Positions 39,129 through 51,900 are shown, counted from the stretch's first letter. The stretch: DNA of 64,000 nt from an uncultured Gemmatimonadales bacterium (GCA_963708135.1 OY970192.1:3808001-3872000); one strand, 5' to 3'. Translations and numbers: made by a program. The notes: a model not told the origin generated them from the letters alone.

Positions 39129-41687
39129 ATGTTCCTGGCCCTCTGCATCCTGTCCGTCCTGCAGAGCCTAACGGCAAGAGGAATCCTGGCGCAGCAGGTG
39201 CTGCCCGCGCCTCCGCCCGTGGCATCCCCGGTGGGGCCGCCGACGGAGATCGCGGGGCTGGCGGACATGGCGCCGTACGCGCCGATGGAGTTCAGCCGGG
39301 CGTGGCTTGGCAAGATGGCGCGGGTGCGGCGGCGACGGCAGGAGCTGCTGGCGGAGGGCAGGCTGGACGGTGCCTCCCCGGCGGAGCTCGCGCGGCTCGG
39401 CGCGGCGCTGGCGGGGCAGCTGCACGTGCTGGTGGTGCCGATCGTGTACGCGGACCGCCGGACGCCGTTCCCGATCTCCGAGCTCGCGGGCCGGCTGTTC
39501 GGTCCGGCGCACGGGGATACGGTGAGCTACGCGAGCTATTTCGAGGAGGTCTCGGGCGGGCTGCTGCACGTGGACGGCTCGGTGACGACGTGGGAGCGGA
39601 CGCTGCACGCGGCGGGCTACTACCTGGCGCCCGACGAGTATGGGTGGGGCCATTTCGGGCGCATGCGGGAGCTGCGCTCCGAGGTGCTGGGCGAGCTGGA
39701 CGCGAGCGGGTCGGTGGATTTTGGCGCGTTCGACAACGACGGGCCGGATGGGATCCCGAACTCGGGAGACGACGACGGCTTCGTGGACTTCGTGGTCTTC
39801 CTCTACGCGGCGCCGTGTCGTGGGGATGCCCGGGCCGGTGCGATCTGGCCGCACCGGGGGGCCATGCGGCCGTTCGTGACGCATTCGCCGGCGGCGAGGG
39901 GCGGCACGATCCGGATCGCGGACTACCTGATCCTCCCGGCGGTGGACCCGCGCACGTGCGGCCCGCTGGAGGTTGGGGTGCTGGCGCACGAGACGGGGCA
40001 CGCGCTGGGGCTGCCGGACCTGTACGACTACGACGGCTCCTCGCAGGGGATCGGGGCGTGGGGGCTGATGGGGACGGGGAGCCACAGCGTGGGCTACTCG
40101 CCGGCGCACCTGGGCGCCTGGTCGCTCGAGCAGCTGGGCTGGGCGCGCGAGGACTGGCTGAAGGCCGATTCCGCGCGGCTCTCGCTGCCGCCGGTGGAGA
40201 CGAGCCATCGGATCTGGCGCTATGATCTGGACGACGGCTCGGGCAAGTACATCCTCTTCGAGAACCGGGAGCGGCTGGGCTCGGATTCTTACGTGCCCGG
40301 CACGGGGCTGCTGGCATGGCACGTCGATCCGGAGCGGGGCGAGCTCGGCGCCTGGAACTCGGACGAACGAATGATGGCGGTCGGGGTGGTTGAGGCGGAC
40401 GGGCTGATGCAGCTCGAGCGGGGGCGGAACGCCAATGCCGGCGATCCGTTCCCGGGCGCGACGCACCGGCACCGGTTCGAGCTGCTCGACCCGCAGCCGT
40501 TCCGGCTGTCCTCGATCGAGCAGATCGGCGACACGATCATGACGGTCATGAGGCGCGGCTTCGCGGCCGCGCGGCTGGACCCCGCCTTCCCGGTGCTGCG
40601 GCTGCGCGCTGCGGCGGGGACGCGCTCGGTGGGCGGAGAGGTGACGGTCCGGCGGAGCGTCGGCGCGCCGGAGCGGCAGTGGACGGCGCACGGTCGGGCG
40701 CAGTGGCTGCACACCGCATCGACGGGCGACCTGCTGGTCGTACACGCCGATGCCGGAGAGCTGGCCGCCGGCGACTACGCCGACACGCTGGCGCTCGAGC
40801 TGCCCGGGGAGCCGCGCGTGGCGGGGCGCATGGTGGTAGCGCTCGATGTGGCGCCGGCCACCGCGCCGGAGATCGCGGCCACCGCGCTGCCGTGGAGCTG
40901 GGGCCTCGCGGCGGACTCCACACGGGTGCTGCAGGCGAGCTACGGCTGGGACCCGCTGGGCCTGCGGCCGAGCCCGCGGGTGCTCCAGCTGCGGGACGGG
41001 CAGCCGGTGCCGCACACGCTGGCGCGGCTGCCTGCGGACGCCGTCTATGCGCCGGTCCTCACACCGGACGGCACCACCTACGTGCTGGCCCGGGCGGGGG
41101 AGCACAACTACCTCTACGCCGTTGCGCCGAACGGGGATGCTGCGCTGGTCACCGACGCGCTCGGCAGCGCCCCCGCCTACGGTGCCGCCGCGCTCCCCGA
41201 TGGCTCGATCCTGGTAGCGGGGTGGGGCGGCGCGCTCCGCCGGGTGGACCCACGAACCGGCGCAGTGAGGCCGTGGCGGAGGCTTTCGGACCGGATCTAC
41301 CAGATCGCAACGGATGGCGCCGGCACCGTCTTCGCGGCCACCTGGATGGGCGAGGTGCTGCGAATCACCGCTCCGACCGGGCACATCGCCCGGATCGTGA
41401 CGCCGTTCGGACGCGGCGGCCTGGTGGCCGTGGCCGCCACGCCCGCGGGTGACCTGTTCGCGGCGGAGCGAGGCGGCGGTGGGCGGATCCTGCGGGTCGA
41501 CGCGGACGGGCGCCGGCGCGTCGTGCTCGCCGTACCGGGGGCCCGCTTCTACGGCCTGGCCGTGGCCGGCGGCGACCTGTACGCGCTGGACCTCGGCCAC
41601 CGCGAGCTCCTCCGCATCCCGCTCGACCGCCTGCCCGTCGTGCTGCCGCCGCCTTCAGCCGGTGCCCTCGTGGCCGACGGGCGCTGA
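39129..41687 (+). CDS. M6 (immune inhibitor A) family metalloprotease with C-terminal Ig-like and beta-propeller regions
   Basis: FDNDGPDG..DDDGFVD, IWPH, HETGHALGLPDLY and WGLMGTG motifs; start uncertain. Confidence 0.85.
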   Translation: MFLALCILSVLQSLTARGILAQQVLPAPPPVASPVGPPTEIAGLADMAPYAPMEFSRAWLGKMARVRRRRQELLAEGRLDGASPAELARLGAALAGQLHVLVVPIVYADRRTPFPISELAGRLFGPAHGDTVSYASYFEEVSGGLLHVDGSVTTWERTLHAAGYYLAPDEYGWGHFGRMRELRSEVLGELDASGSVDFGAFDNDGPDGIPNSGDDDGFVDFVVFLYAAPCRGDARAGAIWPHRGAMRPFVTHSPAARGGTIRIADYLILPAVDPRTCGPLEVGVLAHETGHALGLPDLYDYDGSSQGIGAWGLMGTGSHSVGYSPAHLGAWSLEQLGWAREDWLKADSARLSLPPVETSHRIWRYDLDDGSGKYILFENRERLGSDSYVPGTGLLAWHVDPERGELGAWNSDERMMAVGVVEADGLMQLERGRNANAGDPFPGATHRHRFELLDPQPFRLSSIEQIGDTIMTVMRRGFAAARLDPAFPVLRLRAAAGTRSVGGEVTVRRSVGAPERQWTAHGRAQWLHTASTGDLLVVHADAGELAAGDYADTLALELPGEPRVAGRMVVALDVAPATAPEIAATALPWSWGLAADSTRVLQASYGWDPLGLRPSPRVLQLRDGQPVPHTLARLPADAVYAPVLTPDGTTYVLARAGEHNYLYAVAPNGDAALVTDALGSAPAYGAAALPDGSILVAGWGGALRRVDPRTGAVRPWRRLSDRIYQIATDGAGTVFAATWMGEVLRITAPTGHIARIVTPFGRGGLVAVAATPAGDLFAAERGGGGRILRVDADGRRRVVLAVPGARFYGLAVAGGDLYALDLGHRELLRIPLDRLPVVLPPPSAGALVADGR

Positions 41688-41751
41688 CGGGGCGGCCCGG
41701 GCGAGCCACGCCTCGACGAGCTCCGCGCGAAGGCTAGGAAGAGCGGCTCCC

Positions 41752-42729
41752 TCAGCGCCCCTCCAGCCCCTCCAGCCGCTCGGCCACGGCCCACGCCAGC
41801 AGCGGGACCATGATCTCGTGGTGGCCGGTGATCTGGTAGCCCCGGCCGCCGCCGGTCCGCGTGGGGCGCTCGACCACGTTCACGCGCGGCCGGTAATGGC
41901 GGATCATGTCGAGATCCGCGGCCACGAAGCGGCGGGGTGTCCCCTCGTGGACGTTGCGGCAGACCGTCAGCGCCTTGAGGAAGACCTCGGGCATGAGCAC
42001 GGCGGAGCCGAGGTTCAGCACGACGCCATCCTCGAGCGCCGGCAGCCAGCCGGCGAGGCGCCGGAAGTCGCTGAGCGCCGTCTGTCCGATGGCGGCGCCA
42101 TCGGCCGCGGGGTGCTGGTGGATGATCTCGGCGCCGAGGGCGGCGTGGACCGTGAAGGGGATGCCGAGGCGGCGCGCCGCCAGCAGCAGTGAGAGGTCGG
42201 GGTTGGCCAGCGCGGCGCGTGCCTCGAGCGCGCGGCCGAGGGCGTCGCCGAGCCCGAGCCCCTGCTCCGCGCCCCGGCGGATCGCCTCGTTCATCTCGCG
42301 GCCGGTCTCCTCGGCCATCCCGAACGTGCCGTCCGCGAGCCCGGCCTCGACGTCCTCGCTGGTCGCGCCCCAGCACGCCATCTCGAAGTCGTGGATGGCG
42401 GTCGAGCCGTTCGAGGCCAGGTGCGTGATGGCGCCCCGCCGGGCCAGGTCGATGAGCACCGGGGCAAGCCCCGTCTTGACCACGTGCCCGCCCATCATGC
42501 AGAGCACGCCCCGGCCCGCCGCGGCCGCGGCCGCCATGGCGTCCACCACCGCCAGGAAGCTCCGGGCCTGCAGGATGTCGGGGAGCGAACCGAGGAAGGC
42601 GGCGAAGGAGCGGTCCTCGCCGGGCGCGCGGCCGAGGTCCGCGGCGCGCACCTTGTTGGGCCGACCCTCGAGCGGGACCGTGCGGATCCGGGAGACGTCG
42701 ATCTCTGGCGACGACCCCCCGTCGGTCAC
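41752..42729 (-). CDS. Conserved protein with deoxyhypusine-synthase-like fold
   Basis: GTG start overlapping the upstream TGA; MGGHVVKTG, HDFE, GSAVLMPEVFLKAL and GHHEIMVP motifs. Confidence 0.7.
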   Translation of the reverse strand: MTDGGSSPEIDVSRIRTVPLEGRPNKVRAADLGRAPGEDRSFAAFLGSLPDILQARSFLAVVDAMAAAAAAGRGVLCMMGGHVVKTGLAPVLIDLARRGAITHLASNGSTAIHDFEMACWGATSEDVEAGLADGTFGMAEETGREMNEAIRRGAEQGLGLGDALGRALEARAALANPDLSLLLAARRLGIPFTVHAALGAEIIHQHPAADGAAIGQTALSDFRRLAGWLPALEDGVVLNLGSAVLMPEVFLKALTVCRNVHEGTPRRFVAADLDMIRHYRPRVNVVERPTRTGGGRGYQITGHHEIMVPLLAWAVAERLEGLEGR

Positions 42730-43589
42730 CGGTGGCCGTCCCTTTCGCTGGATGCGCTCGCGGCCGGAGACGCGGGCAGCTTGTCCCCCAGGGCAAAGCC
42801 CTGGAGGTACATGTTCAGCGAGCCGATCACCGGGACGCTGGACCTCACCTGCAGCACGAGCCGCCGGGAATCGTCCGAGAAGTAGACCTCGGCCTTCCCG
42901 CCCTGGCCGAACAGCCCCTTGGTCTGGATGACCGGCCGCACCACGATGGCCGGGAAGGTGCCCGCCGGCACGGTCACGGTGTCCTTCCGCTCGACCGTCA
43001 CGACCACGGGATTGCCCTTCTCGTCGAAGTAGCGGTCCAGCGTGTAGGTCTGGCCGACCTCCAGCGGGAGCGTGCGCACGTAGTAGAGGAAGGAGATGTC
43101 GTCCAGCGGCGAATCCGTCGGCAGCACGCCCGACTCGTCCTTGGCCGGCTGCGTCCAGCGCCGCTCCTCCGGGAAGAACTCGAGCGTCCTGTGCCGCTCG
43201 TAGTGGTACTCCTTCTGGTCCTGCTTGAAGCGCCGCGAGGCGAGGGTGGAGACATCCAGCCACGACTGCATGTCGTCATCCACGTGCACGAAGGCAATCC
43301 CGCCCTTCAGCTTCATCCGCAGCCGGTACGTCGGGTAGCCGCGCACGGTGTCCAGGGCCACCACCTCGAAGGAGCCGGTGCCCACCTTGCCGAACGGGCC
43401 CAGCGTCACCTTGTACACCAGGTGCTCGCCCACGCCGAACGGGACGCTCGCCACCGGACGCACCCCGGCCACGCCCGGATCGGACGTCCGCTGGGCGGGC
43501 GCCGGCCGCGCGAGTCCCGTCACGAGCGCGAGCACCGCGCCCAACGTCCGCATCAGCACCGGAAGGACCATCCCGTCTCTCCGCCTCAC
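42726..43589 (-). CDS. DUF3108-like exported protein
   Basis: Signal peptide; PFGVGEHLVY and VTVPAGTF motifs. Confidence 0.75.
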   Translation of the reverse strand: MRRRDGMVLPVLMRTLGAVLALVTGLARPAPAQRTSDPGVAGVRPVASVPFGVGEHLVYKVTLGPFGKVGTGSFEVVALDTVRGYPTYRLRMKLKGGIAFVHVDDDMQSWLDVSTLASRRFKQDQKEYHYERHRTLEFFPEERRWTQPAKDESGVLPTDSPLDDISFLYYVRTLPLEVGQTYTLDRYFDEKGNPVVVTVERKDTVTVPAGTFPAIVVRPVIQTKGLFGQGGKAEVYFSDDSRRLVLQVRSSVPVIGSLNMYLQGFALGDKLPASPAASASSERDGHR

Positions 43590-43592
43590 ACT

Positions 43593-45161
43593 TCAGCTTT
43601 CGTCGGGAGCAGGCGACGCCGCCCCGTCCCGGTCCGTCGCGCCCCGCCCCGCCGAGACCTCCGCGCCGCCCGTGGCCGCGGCGTCCGACTGCTCCTCCCC
43701 TCCCTGCGCGTCGCCGCCCGCCGCACCGCTCCGGCGCCGCCGGCCGCCCCGCCCCCGGCCACCCCGCCGCCGCCGGCGCGTGGATGTCCGCCGGCCCTCG
43801 CCGTCCTCCCCCTCGACCGCGGCCGACGCATCCGCCTCCGCCGCACCCGCTTCCGCGCCGCCGGCCGAGTCCTCCGCGCCGCCATCGGCCGCCTCGGCCC
43901 CGGCTCCCGCCGGACCCGCCGTCTTCCGCCGCGCCGGCCGCTTGCGCGCGCCGGCCGAGCCGCCGTTGCCCGACCGGCCGCCGCCCGACTCGACCTCGCC
44001 GCCCGCGCCGGCCGTGGCCGCTTCACCGCCCGGGCCTGACGCCGCCTCGGCGCCCGTCTCGGTAGCGGCGCCCGTCTCGGTTCCGGCGGACGTCTTCCCG
44101 GCGCTCCGGCGCCGGCCACCCCTGCGGCGGCGCGTGCGCGTCCGCTTCGTCTTCTCAGCCTCGCCCTCGCCGGCGCCCTCGGCGGGAGCGTCCGGGGCGG
44201 CGTCCGCCGCCGCGCGGGCACCGTTCGCCTGCGCACTGGCCCCGTTCCGGCCGGACCGCCGCTTCCTGGCGGAGCCGGCGTCGCCCGTGTGGTCGGATGC
44301 CTTGCGCGCGCGACGCCTGCGGGTCGGCTCGGGCTCGGGCGCGACCTCGGTGGCGGCCACCCGCTCGGCGAGGCCGGGGTCGCCCATGATCGAGCGCTCC
44401 ACGGCCGCGAGATCCGACACGGCGGGCGCGGGGGCGGGACGGCCGAAGGCCAGCCGGACGAGAGAGCGGAGGGTCGGCCACGCCTCGAACCGGCTGTCGC
44501 GCTGGCGGCGCTCCCACCGGTGCAGGACCTCGACCTCGTCCATCCGGCGCACGTGCGGCTTCACCGCGTCGAGCAGCGCCGCATTGGCGGCCCACCCGTC
44601 CCACTGGAGGAGGCGCCGCCCGTCGGCGACCTCGAGCGCCTTGCGCAGCCCGAAGACCCGGTAGGCGCGGAAGCCGGAGAGCGCGTCCGTGACCGGCTCA
44701 GGCCAGGCCATCCGACGGCGCAGCAGCGGCACGGCGAGGCGGGCCGTCCAGCGCACGCCGCGGGGGGCCGCGGCGGACTCGATGCGCAAGGCGCTCGTGA
44801 CGACATCGGCGCCGGACTCGATCCGCTTGAGCAGGTTCGGGATCTCCTCCGGATCGTCGGTGAAGTCCGCCTGCAGGGTGACGAGCACGTCGCGCCGGGG
44901 ATAGCTGGAGCGCTTCGCGGCCTCGCGGACGAGCTCCTCGAGGCAGGCCGCGTAGCCCTGGCGCTCCCGGAACCGGATCACCGTGAGCGGCAGGACGCGG
45001 GCGTATGGGGCGAGGACCGCGGGCGTGGCGTCGGTGGACGCGTCGTCCACCACGATCAGCTGGTAGTCACGCGGAAACTCCGTCATGACCTGTCTGATCT
45101 TCCACAGCAGCACGCCTACGGTCCGGCCCTCGTCGTGCGAAGGTACGCCGATGTAGATCAC
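43593..45161 (-). CDS. GT2 glycosyltransferase with long Arg/Gly/Ala/Glu-rich disordered tail
   Basis: VVDDASTD, TLQAD and DALSGFRAY motifs; low-complexity C-terminal half. Confidence 0.8.
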   Translation of the reverse strand: MIYIGVPSHDEGRTVGVLLWKIRQVMTEFPRDYQLIVVDDASTDATPAVLAPYARVLPLTVIRFRERQGYAACLEELVREAAKRSSYPRRDVLVTLQADFTDDPEEIPNLLKRIESGADVVTSALRIESAAAPRGVRWTARLAVPLLRRRMAWPEPVTDALSGFRAYRVFGLRKALEVADGRRLLQWDGWAANAALLDAVKPHVRRMDEVEVLHRWERRQRDSRFEAWPTLRSLVRLAFGRPAPAPAVSDLAAVERSIMGDPGLAERVAATEVAPEPEPTRRRRARKASDHTGDAGSARKRRSGRNGASAQANGARAAADAAPDAPAEGAGEGEAEKTKRTRTRRRRGGRRRSAGKTSAGTETGAATETGAEAASGPGGEAATAGAGGEVESGGGRSGNGGSAGARKRPARRKTAGPAGAGAEAADGGAEDSAGGAEAGAAEADASAAVEGEDGEGRRTSTRRRRRGGRGRGGRRRRSGAAGGDAQGGEEQSDAAATGGAEVSAGRGATDRDGAASPAPDES

Positions 45162-45255
45162 TGGGTCGCCCGGACTCCTTTATGTGTCGAAGGCCGCGCC
45201 GGCTCCATCCACGCGCGCCATTCTCGACGATGTCTCGGCCGCCTACCTATACCGT

Positions 45256-46170
45256 TCACCTCCCGGTCGGTTCCTCGGGAGGCGCGCTCTTCCAGCGCCG
45301 ATGCTGCCAAAAATACTGCTCGGGCGCCTCCCGCACGACCGCCTCGAGGGCGGCCGTGAAGGCAGCGGTCAGGCGCCGCACGACGACGTCCGTCGGCCCC
45401 GCGCGGTCCACGCGGATCTCCTGGAGATCCCCCTCGTAGCGCCCGCTCCCCCGCCGGCGAGCCCACCCCAGAAAGAGCGGCGCCCCGGCACGCAGCGCCA
45501 GCAGGGCGGGACCCCGATGAGTCGAGGCGGGGCGGCCCATGAACGGCACGAACACCCCGTGGGTGCGCGCGTCCTGGTCCGCCACGAACGCCACCACCTC
45601 GCCGCGCCGCAGCGCCTCCAGCCCCTCCCGCGCCGCCGCGCGCCGGTCGATCACCCGGATCCCCGCCGACGCCCGCAGGCCGTTGACCGCCTCATCGAAG
45701 AGCCGGTTGGCCTGCCGCTGGACCACCGCGTTCACGGGAAAGCCGTACGCCGCCAGCGCCGCTCCCGCCACCTCCCAGCTCCCGAAGTGGCCGGTGACCA
45801 CCACCACCCCGCGGCCGCCGGCGAGCGCCGCCCGCATGGCCGCGGGCGCCTCCGGGCGCACGACCGTGCGCGCGAGCACGGCCGCCGGATCCAGCCGCTC
45901 GAGCCGGAGAAAGGCGAGCGCCGCCCTGCCCAGGTGCTCGTAGGAGCCGCGCGCCACGGCCCGGATCCAGGCCTCGTCCCGCTCCGGAAAGGCGGCGCGC
46001 AGCTGCGACTCGACGACCTCCCGCCGCAATCCAACGGGCCGGTACGCCAGCCGGCCGAGCGCGGCGAGACCCCGCTCCGCCGCCGCCTCGGGCAGTCGCA
46101 GCGCCACCGCCGAGGCCGCGCGGAAAAGGGCGAACTCCGCCCGGTGACGGAGGGTGGGCCCGCGGCTCAC
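45256..46170 (-). CDS. Lipid A late acyltransferase (LpxL/HtrB family)
   Basis: GHFGSWE, ADQD, FVPFMG and PEQYFWQHRRWK motifs; GTGA overlap. Confidence 0.9.
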   Translation of the reverse strand: MSRGPTLRHRAEFALFRAASAVALRLPEAAAERGLAALGRLAYRPVGLRREVVESQLRAAFPERDEAWIRAVARGSYEHLGRAALAFLRLERLDPAAVLARTVVRPEAPAAMRAALAGGRGVVVVTGHFGSWEVAGAALAAYGFPVNAVVQRQANRLFDEAVNGLRASAGIRVIDRRAAAREGLEALRRGEVVAFVADQDARTHGVFVPFMGRPASTHRGPALLALRAGAPLFLGWARRRGSGRYEGDLQEIRVDRAGPTDVVVRRLTAAFTAALEAVVREAPEQYFWQHRRWKSAPPEEPTGR

Positions 46171-47267
46171 CGCGCCCGCGGCTCGCCGGCGGCCGCCCCG
46201 CCGCCGGCGGCGATCGGCGGCGCGAAGCGCCGGGGCCGGTCCGCGCGCACGTAGCGTTCCGCGGCCCGGCGGGCGCGGGCGAGCACGTCCTCCACCGTGA
46301 TCCGCGTCATGCGCCCCTCGAGCGGCGTGGCGCGGGTGGCGTCGGGGGCGGCGCCGGGCTCGTTGTAGGCGTCCACCCAGAGGTCCTCGAAGCGGCGATA
46401 GGGTCCGCAGCGCCAGGGATTGGTGTGGCCGTAGAGCCCGATGACCGGGACATCCATGGCGCGCGCCATGTGCACGGGCCCGGTGTCGGGCGCGATGACC
46501 ACGTCGCAGCCATCGAGCAGCCAGAGCACGCGACGGACGCCGTCGCCCATCCCCCATGCCGGCTTCACACGCGCACGCGCGGTGACCTCCCGTGCGATGG
46601 CGGTTTCACGCGCGCCCGGCCCGCCCACGAGTACGGTGCGCCAGCCGAGCTCGCGGGCGACGGCATCCGCCACCGCGGCCCAGCGCTCCGGCACCCAGTC
46701 CTTGGCATCGATCGCGGACGCCGGCACCAGCGCCGCCACCGGCGCATCGCCGAAGGGCGCGAAGAATTCCGCCTGTGCCGCCCTCTCCGCGGGCGCCGGC
46801 GCGAGCGCCCAGTCGAGCGGGCGCGCCGCGGCGCCGAGCGCGTCGAGGAACTCGAGGAAGAGGTCCTGCGTGTGGCCGCGCGGGCCCGGCGGCAGGTGCT
46901 CGTTGGCGAACAGCCAGACGCCATCCGCCGCGCGGGCGCGGTCGATCCCGAGGCGCCGCGACGCCCGCGAGAAGAGCAGCGGCCACACGCTCTTGAAGTA
47001 GATGTTGAGGTTGAGCGCCAGGTCGAAGCGGCGCCCCGCCAGCTCGCGCCGGAGACGGCGCAGCCCGCCGAGCCCGTCCTTCTTGTGGTAGACCACGACC
47101 TCGTCGATCGCCGGGTGAGCGCCCAGCACGGCGGCAGGCATTGGCTCGACCACCCAGGTGATCCGGCGCGTCGGGTCCTCGCGCTTGAGGGCGGTGGCCA
47201 CCGGCAGCCCGTGGATGACGTCCCCGAGCCCGGTCAGCAGCACGATGCAGATCCGCTCGCCCGCCAC
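46167..47267 (-). CDS. GT9 glycosyltransferase (heptosyltransferase family)
   Basis: GLGDVIHGLP, KDWVPERW and DTGPVHMA motifs. Confidence 0.88.
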   Translation of the reverse strand: MAGERICIVLLTGLGDVIHGLPVATALKREDPTRRITWVVEPMPAAVLGAHPAIDEVVVYHKKDGLGGLRRLRRELAGRRFDLALNLNIYFKSVWPLLFSRASRRLGIDRARAADGVWLFANEHLPPGPRGHTQDLFLEFLDALGAAARPLDWALAPAPAERAAQAEFFAPFGDAPVAALVPASAIDAKDWVPERWAAVADAVARELGWRTVLVGGPGARETAIAREVTARARVKPAWGMGDGVRRVLWLLDGCDVVIAPDTGPVHMARAMDVPVIGLYGHTNPWRCGPYRRFEDLWVDAYNEPGAAPDATRATPLEGRMTRITVEDVLARARRAAERYVRADRPRRFAPPIAAGGGAAAGEPRAR

Positions 47268-47269
47268 GT

Positions 47270-48435
47270 TCAGCCTCGCCGGGCGACGCCGCCCGTCCGC
47301 ATCCCGCCACCGGAGCCGCGCGCGTCGGCGGGCGAGGGTGGCGCGCTGCCGCCGCCCACCGGCGCCTCTGCGGCTCCGGGGCCGCCGCCCGCCGGCGTGC
47401 GGGAGCCGAGCAGCGGCAGCGTTCGCTCCAGGACCTCCTCCACCCGCACCTGCTCCAGGCAGGAGACGTGGGGGCAGCGGCCGCAGACCAGGTCGCACGG
47501 GAGCACGGGCACCCTCTCGATGCCGCCGTGCGGCGAGCCAGGCCGGAGATCGGTCCACACGTCGGTGATGGTGTGGCGGTTGACCGCGAAGGTCGTGGTG
47601 CCCACGGCCACGGCAATGTGCTTGGAGCCGCCATCGTTGCCGATCCAGAGGGCGCAGCGCTCGAGCAGGGCGGCGAGCTGCCGGACGTTGGTGCCCTCCT
47701 CCTCGAAGACGACCGGCTCGGCCGCCCGCGCCGCCACGGCCGCCGCCTGCTCGCGCTCGCCGGGGCCGTAGGTGAGGAGCACCCTCGCGCCCGCGCGCGC
47801 GAGGCCGTCCGAGACCCGGGCCCAGCGCTCCGGTCCCCACTGCTTGTGGTGGTGCTGGGTGGTGGGCGTCAGGGCGACGATCGGCGAGCCGTCCGCGAGC
47901 CCCGAGCGCTCGAGCATGTCCGCGGCCCAGGCCCGCTCCTCGTCCGCGAGATGGAGCTCCAGGTCCAGGTCCGGCATGGCCGGCGGCTCGATGCCGATGC
48001 CGCGCAGCAGCTCCATCTTCTGGCGCGGCATGTAGACGCCGCGCTTCTCCTTCTCGAAGAGCCGCGTGTACGCCTTCGTGCGCGGACCCCGCCCGCGTAC
48101 GCCGACCCGGACGGGCGCGTGCGCCACCAGCGTCTGGAGCGCCGTGCGCGGGTTGGACTGGAAGTCGATGCTGGCGTCGTAGCCGCGGCCGACGAGGCGG
48201 CGGAAGAGCCGGAGATCGTGGCGCGTACCGCGTCGCCAGACGAGCACCTCGTCCACGTTCGGGTTGTCGCGCAGGAGCTCCGCGCCGCCTGCGCCCGTGA
48301 GGTACTCGATGCGCGCGTGCGGCAGCGCGCGCCGGAGCAGCCGCAGGGCGGGGGTGGTGAGCAGCACGTCGCCCAGCCAGCGGAGCTGGATCACCAGCAG
48401 CCGGCGAGGAGGCGCGAGCGTCCGCCCGTTCCGGC

Positions 48436-48439
<4 letters not shown>
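47270..48439 (-). CDS. GT9 glycosyltransferase (heptosyltransferase family)
   Basis: WLGDVLLTTP, KQWGPERW and NDGGSKHIA motifs; C-terminal CxxxCxxCxxxxC. Confidence 0.88.
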
Positions 48440-50300
<1,861 letters not shown>

Positions 50301-50304
<4 letters not shown>

Positions 50305-51860
50305 CGGGGCCTCAGCGTCGCCACGGGCAGCACCATCTCCTCGGGGCTCACGCCGCCGTGGAGGAACGAGCCGCGGTAGCGCGCCTGGTACTCGCGCAGC
50401 TTGGTCGGATAGACGAAGAACGAATCCTCCAGCGCGAGCAGGTAGTTGGTGGCCAGGCCGCCCTTCGGGAAGCGGAGCACCCGCTCGTCCGTGACCGAGA
50501 ACACCGCGGAGGGATCCTCCGCGCGCAGGTCCATCCCGAACTTGTAGCGCAGGTTGCTCGTGGCATCGCGGCGCGCGAAGACGGTGACGGGACGCTCGCA
50601 GAGGATCGAGCCGTGGTCGGTGGTCAGCACGGTGGTGACGCCGGCCTCGGCGGCCTCGCGCAGGATGCGCAGCGCCGCCGAACGCTCGAACCACTGGCGG
50701 GTGAGCGCCCGCAGCGCCGGCTCATCGCGCGCGACCTCCATGAGGATCGCGGACTCGCTGCGCCCGTGCGTGAGCAGGTCCACGAAGTTGAAGACGACGG
50801 CCGTGACGCCATCGCCCTGGAGCGCGACGCGCACGCGGGTCACGAGGTCGTCCGCCGCCACGTCCGTGAACACCTTCTCGTAGTGCACGGGCACCTCGCG
50901 GCCCGTGAGCCGCCGGAGCTGGGCGCGGAACAGCTCGTCCTCGAACGCGTTCAGGCTGCCCTCGTCCGTCTCCCACCACTCCGGGTGGTCGCGCGCGATC
51001 GCGTCGGGGAACTGCCCGCTGAAGATGGCGTTGCGCGCGTAGGGCGTGGCGGTCGGCAGGATCGAGCAGTAGAGGTCCTCCTCGATGTCGAAGGAGGGCG
51101 AGAGCAGCGGCCGGAGCGTCTTCCACTGGTCGAGCCGCATGCAGTCGATGATCACGAACAGCAGCGGCCGTCCCTCCTCCAGCTGCGGCCCGACGTAGCG
51201 CGCTACCACGTCCGTCGAGAGCGGCGGGCGGAACTCGGCGCCCGGCTTCAGCCAGCCGCCGTACTCGCGCGAGACGTAGAGGCCGAACTCCCGCCGCACC
51301 TCGCGCACGAGCGCCCGCACCGTGTCCAGCAGTCCCTGTTCGCGCGCCTCGTGGAGCCGCAGGTCCCAGCCGACCAGCTCGTCGTAGAGGGCGAAGTAGT
51401 CGTGCCACGTGCGCGCCTCGTCGCGCAGCATCGAGAGCATGGCGAACCGGCCCGCGAAATCCTGCGCCGCCCGCTGCTGCAGCAGCTGCGGCCCCTCCAG
51501 CAGCCGCGTCACCGCCGACAGCACCTGGCGCGGGCTGGCCGGCTTGACCAGGTACTCGTCCACGCGCCGGCCGATCGCCTCCGTCATGGTCCGGTCCTCC
51601 TCGGACTTCGTCACCATGACCACGCGCGCGCTCGGCTCCGCCTGGCGCAGCTCCGCCAGCACCTCCAGCCCCCGCCGCCCCGGCATCTGCTCGTCCAGCA
51701 GCACCAGGTCGTAGCGCTGCCGGCGCACGAGCTCCAGCGCGTCATCGCCGTTGGCGGTCGCATCCACCTCGTAGCCGCGCTGGCGCAGGAACAGGAGGTG
51801 CGGCTCGAAGAGCTCCACCTCGTCGTCAACCCACAGGATCCGCTTCGCGTTCGCTTGCAT
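50301..51860 (-). CDS. PorX-like response regulator (REC + PglZ/alkaline-phosphatase-like domain)
   Basis: ILWVDDE, LLDEQMPG, IDCMRLDQW, SILPTATPYARNAIFSG, TTDHG and HGGVSPEEM motifs. Confidence 0.88.
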
Positions 51861-51900
51861 AACCCCGAACGATAACAGCGGTTGCAAGGGGAGGACAGGA

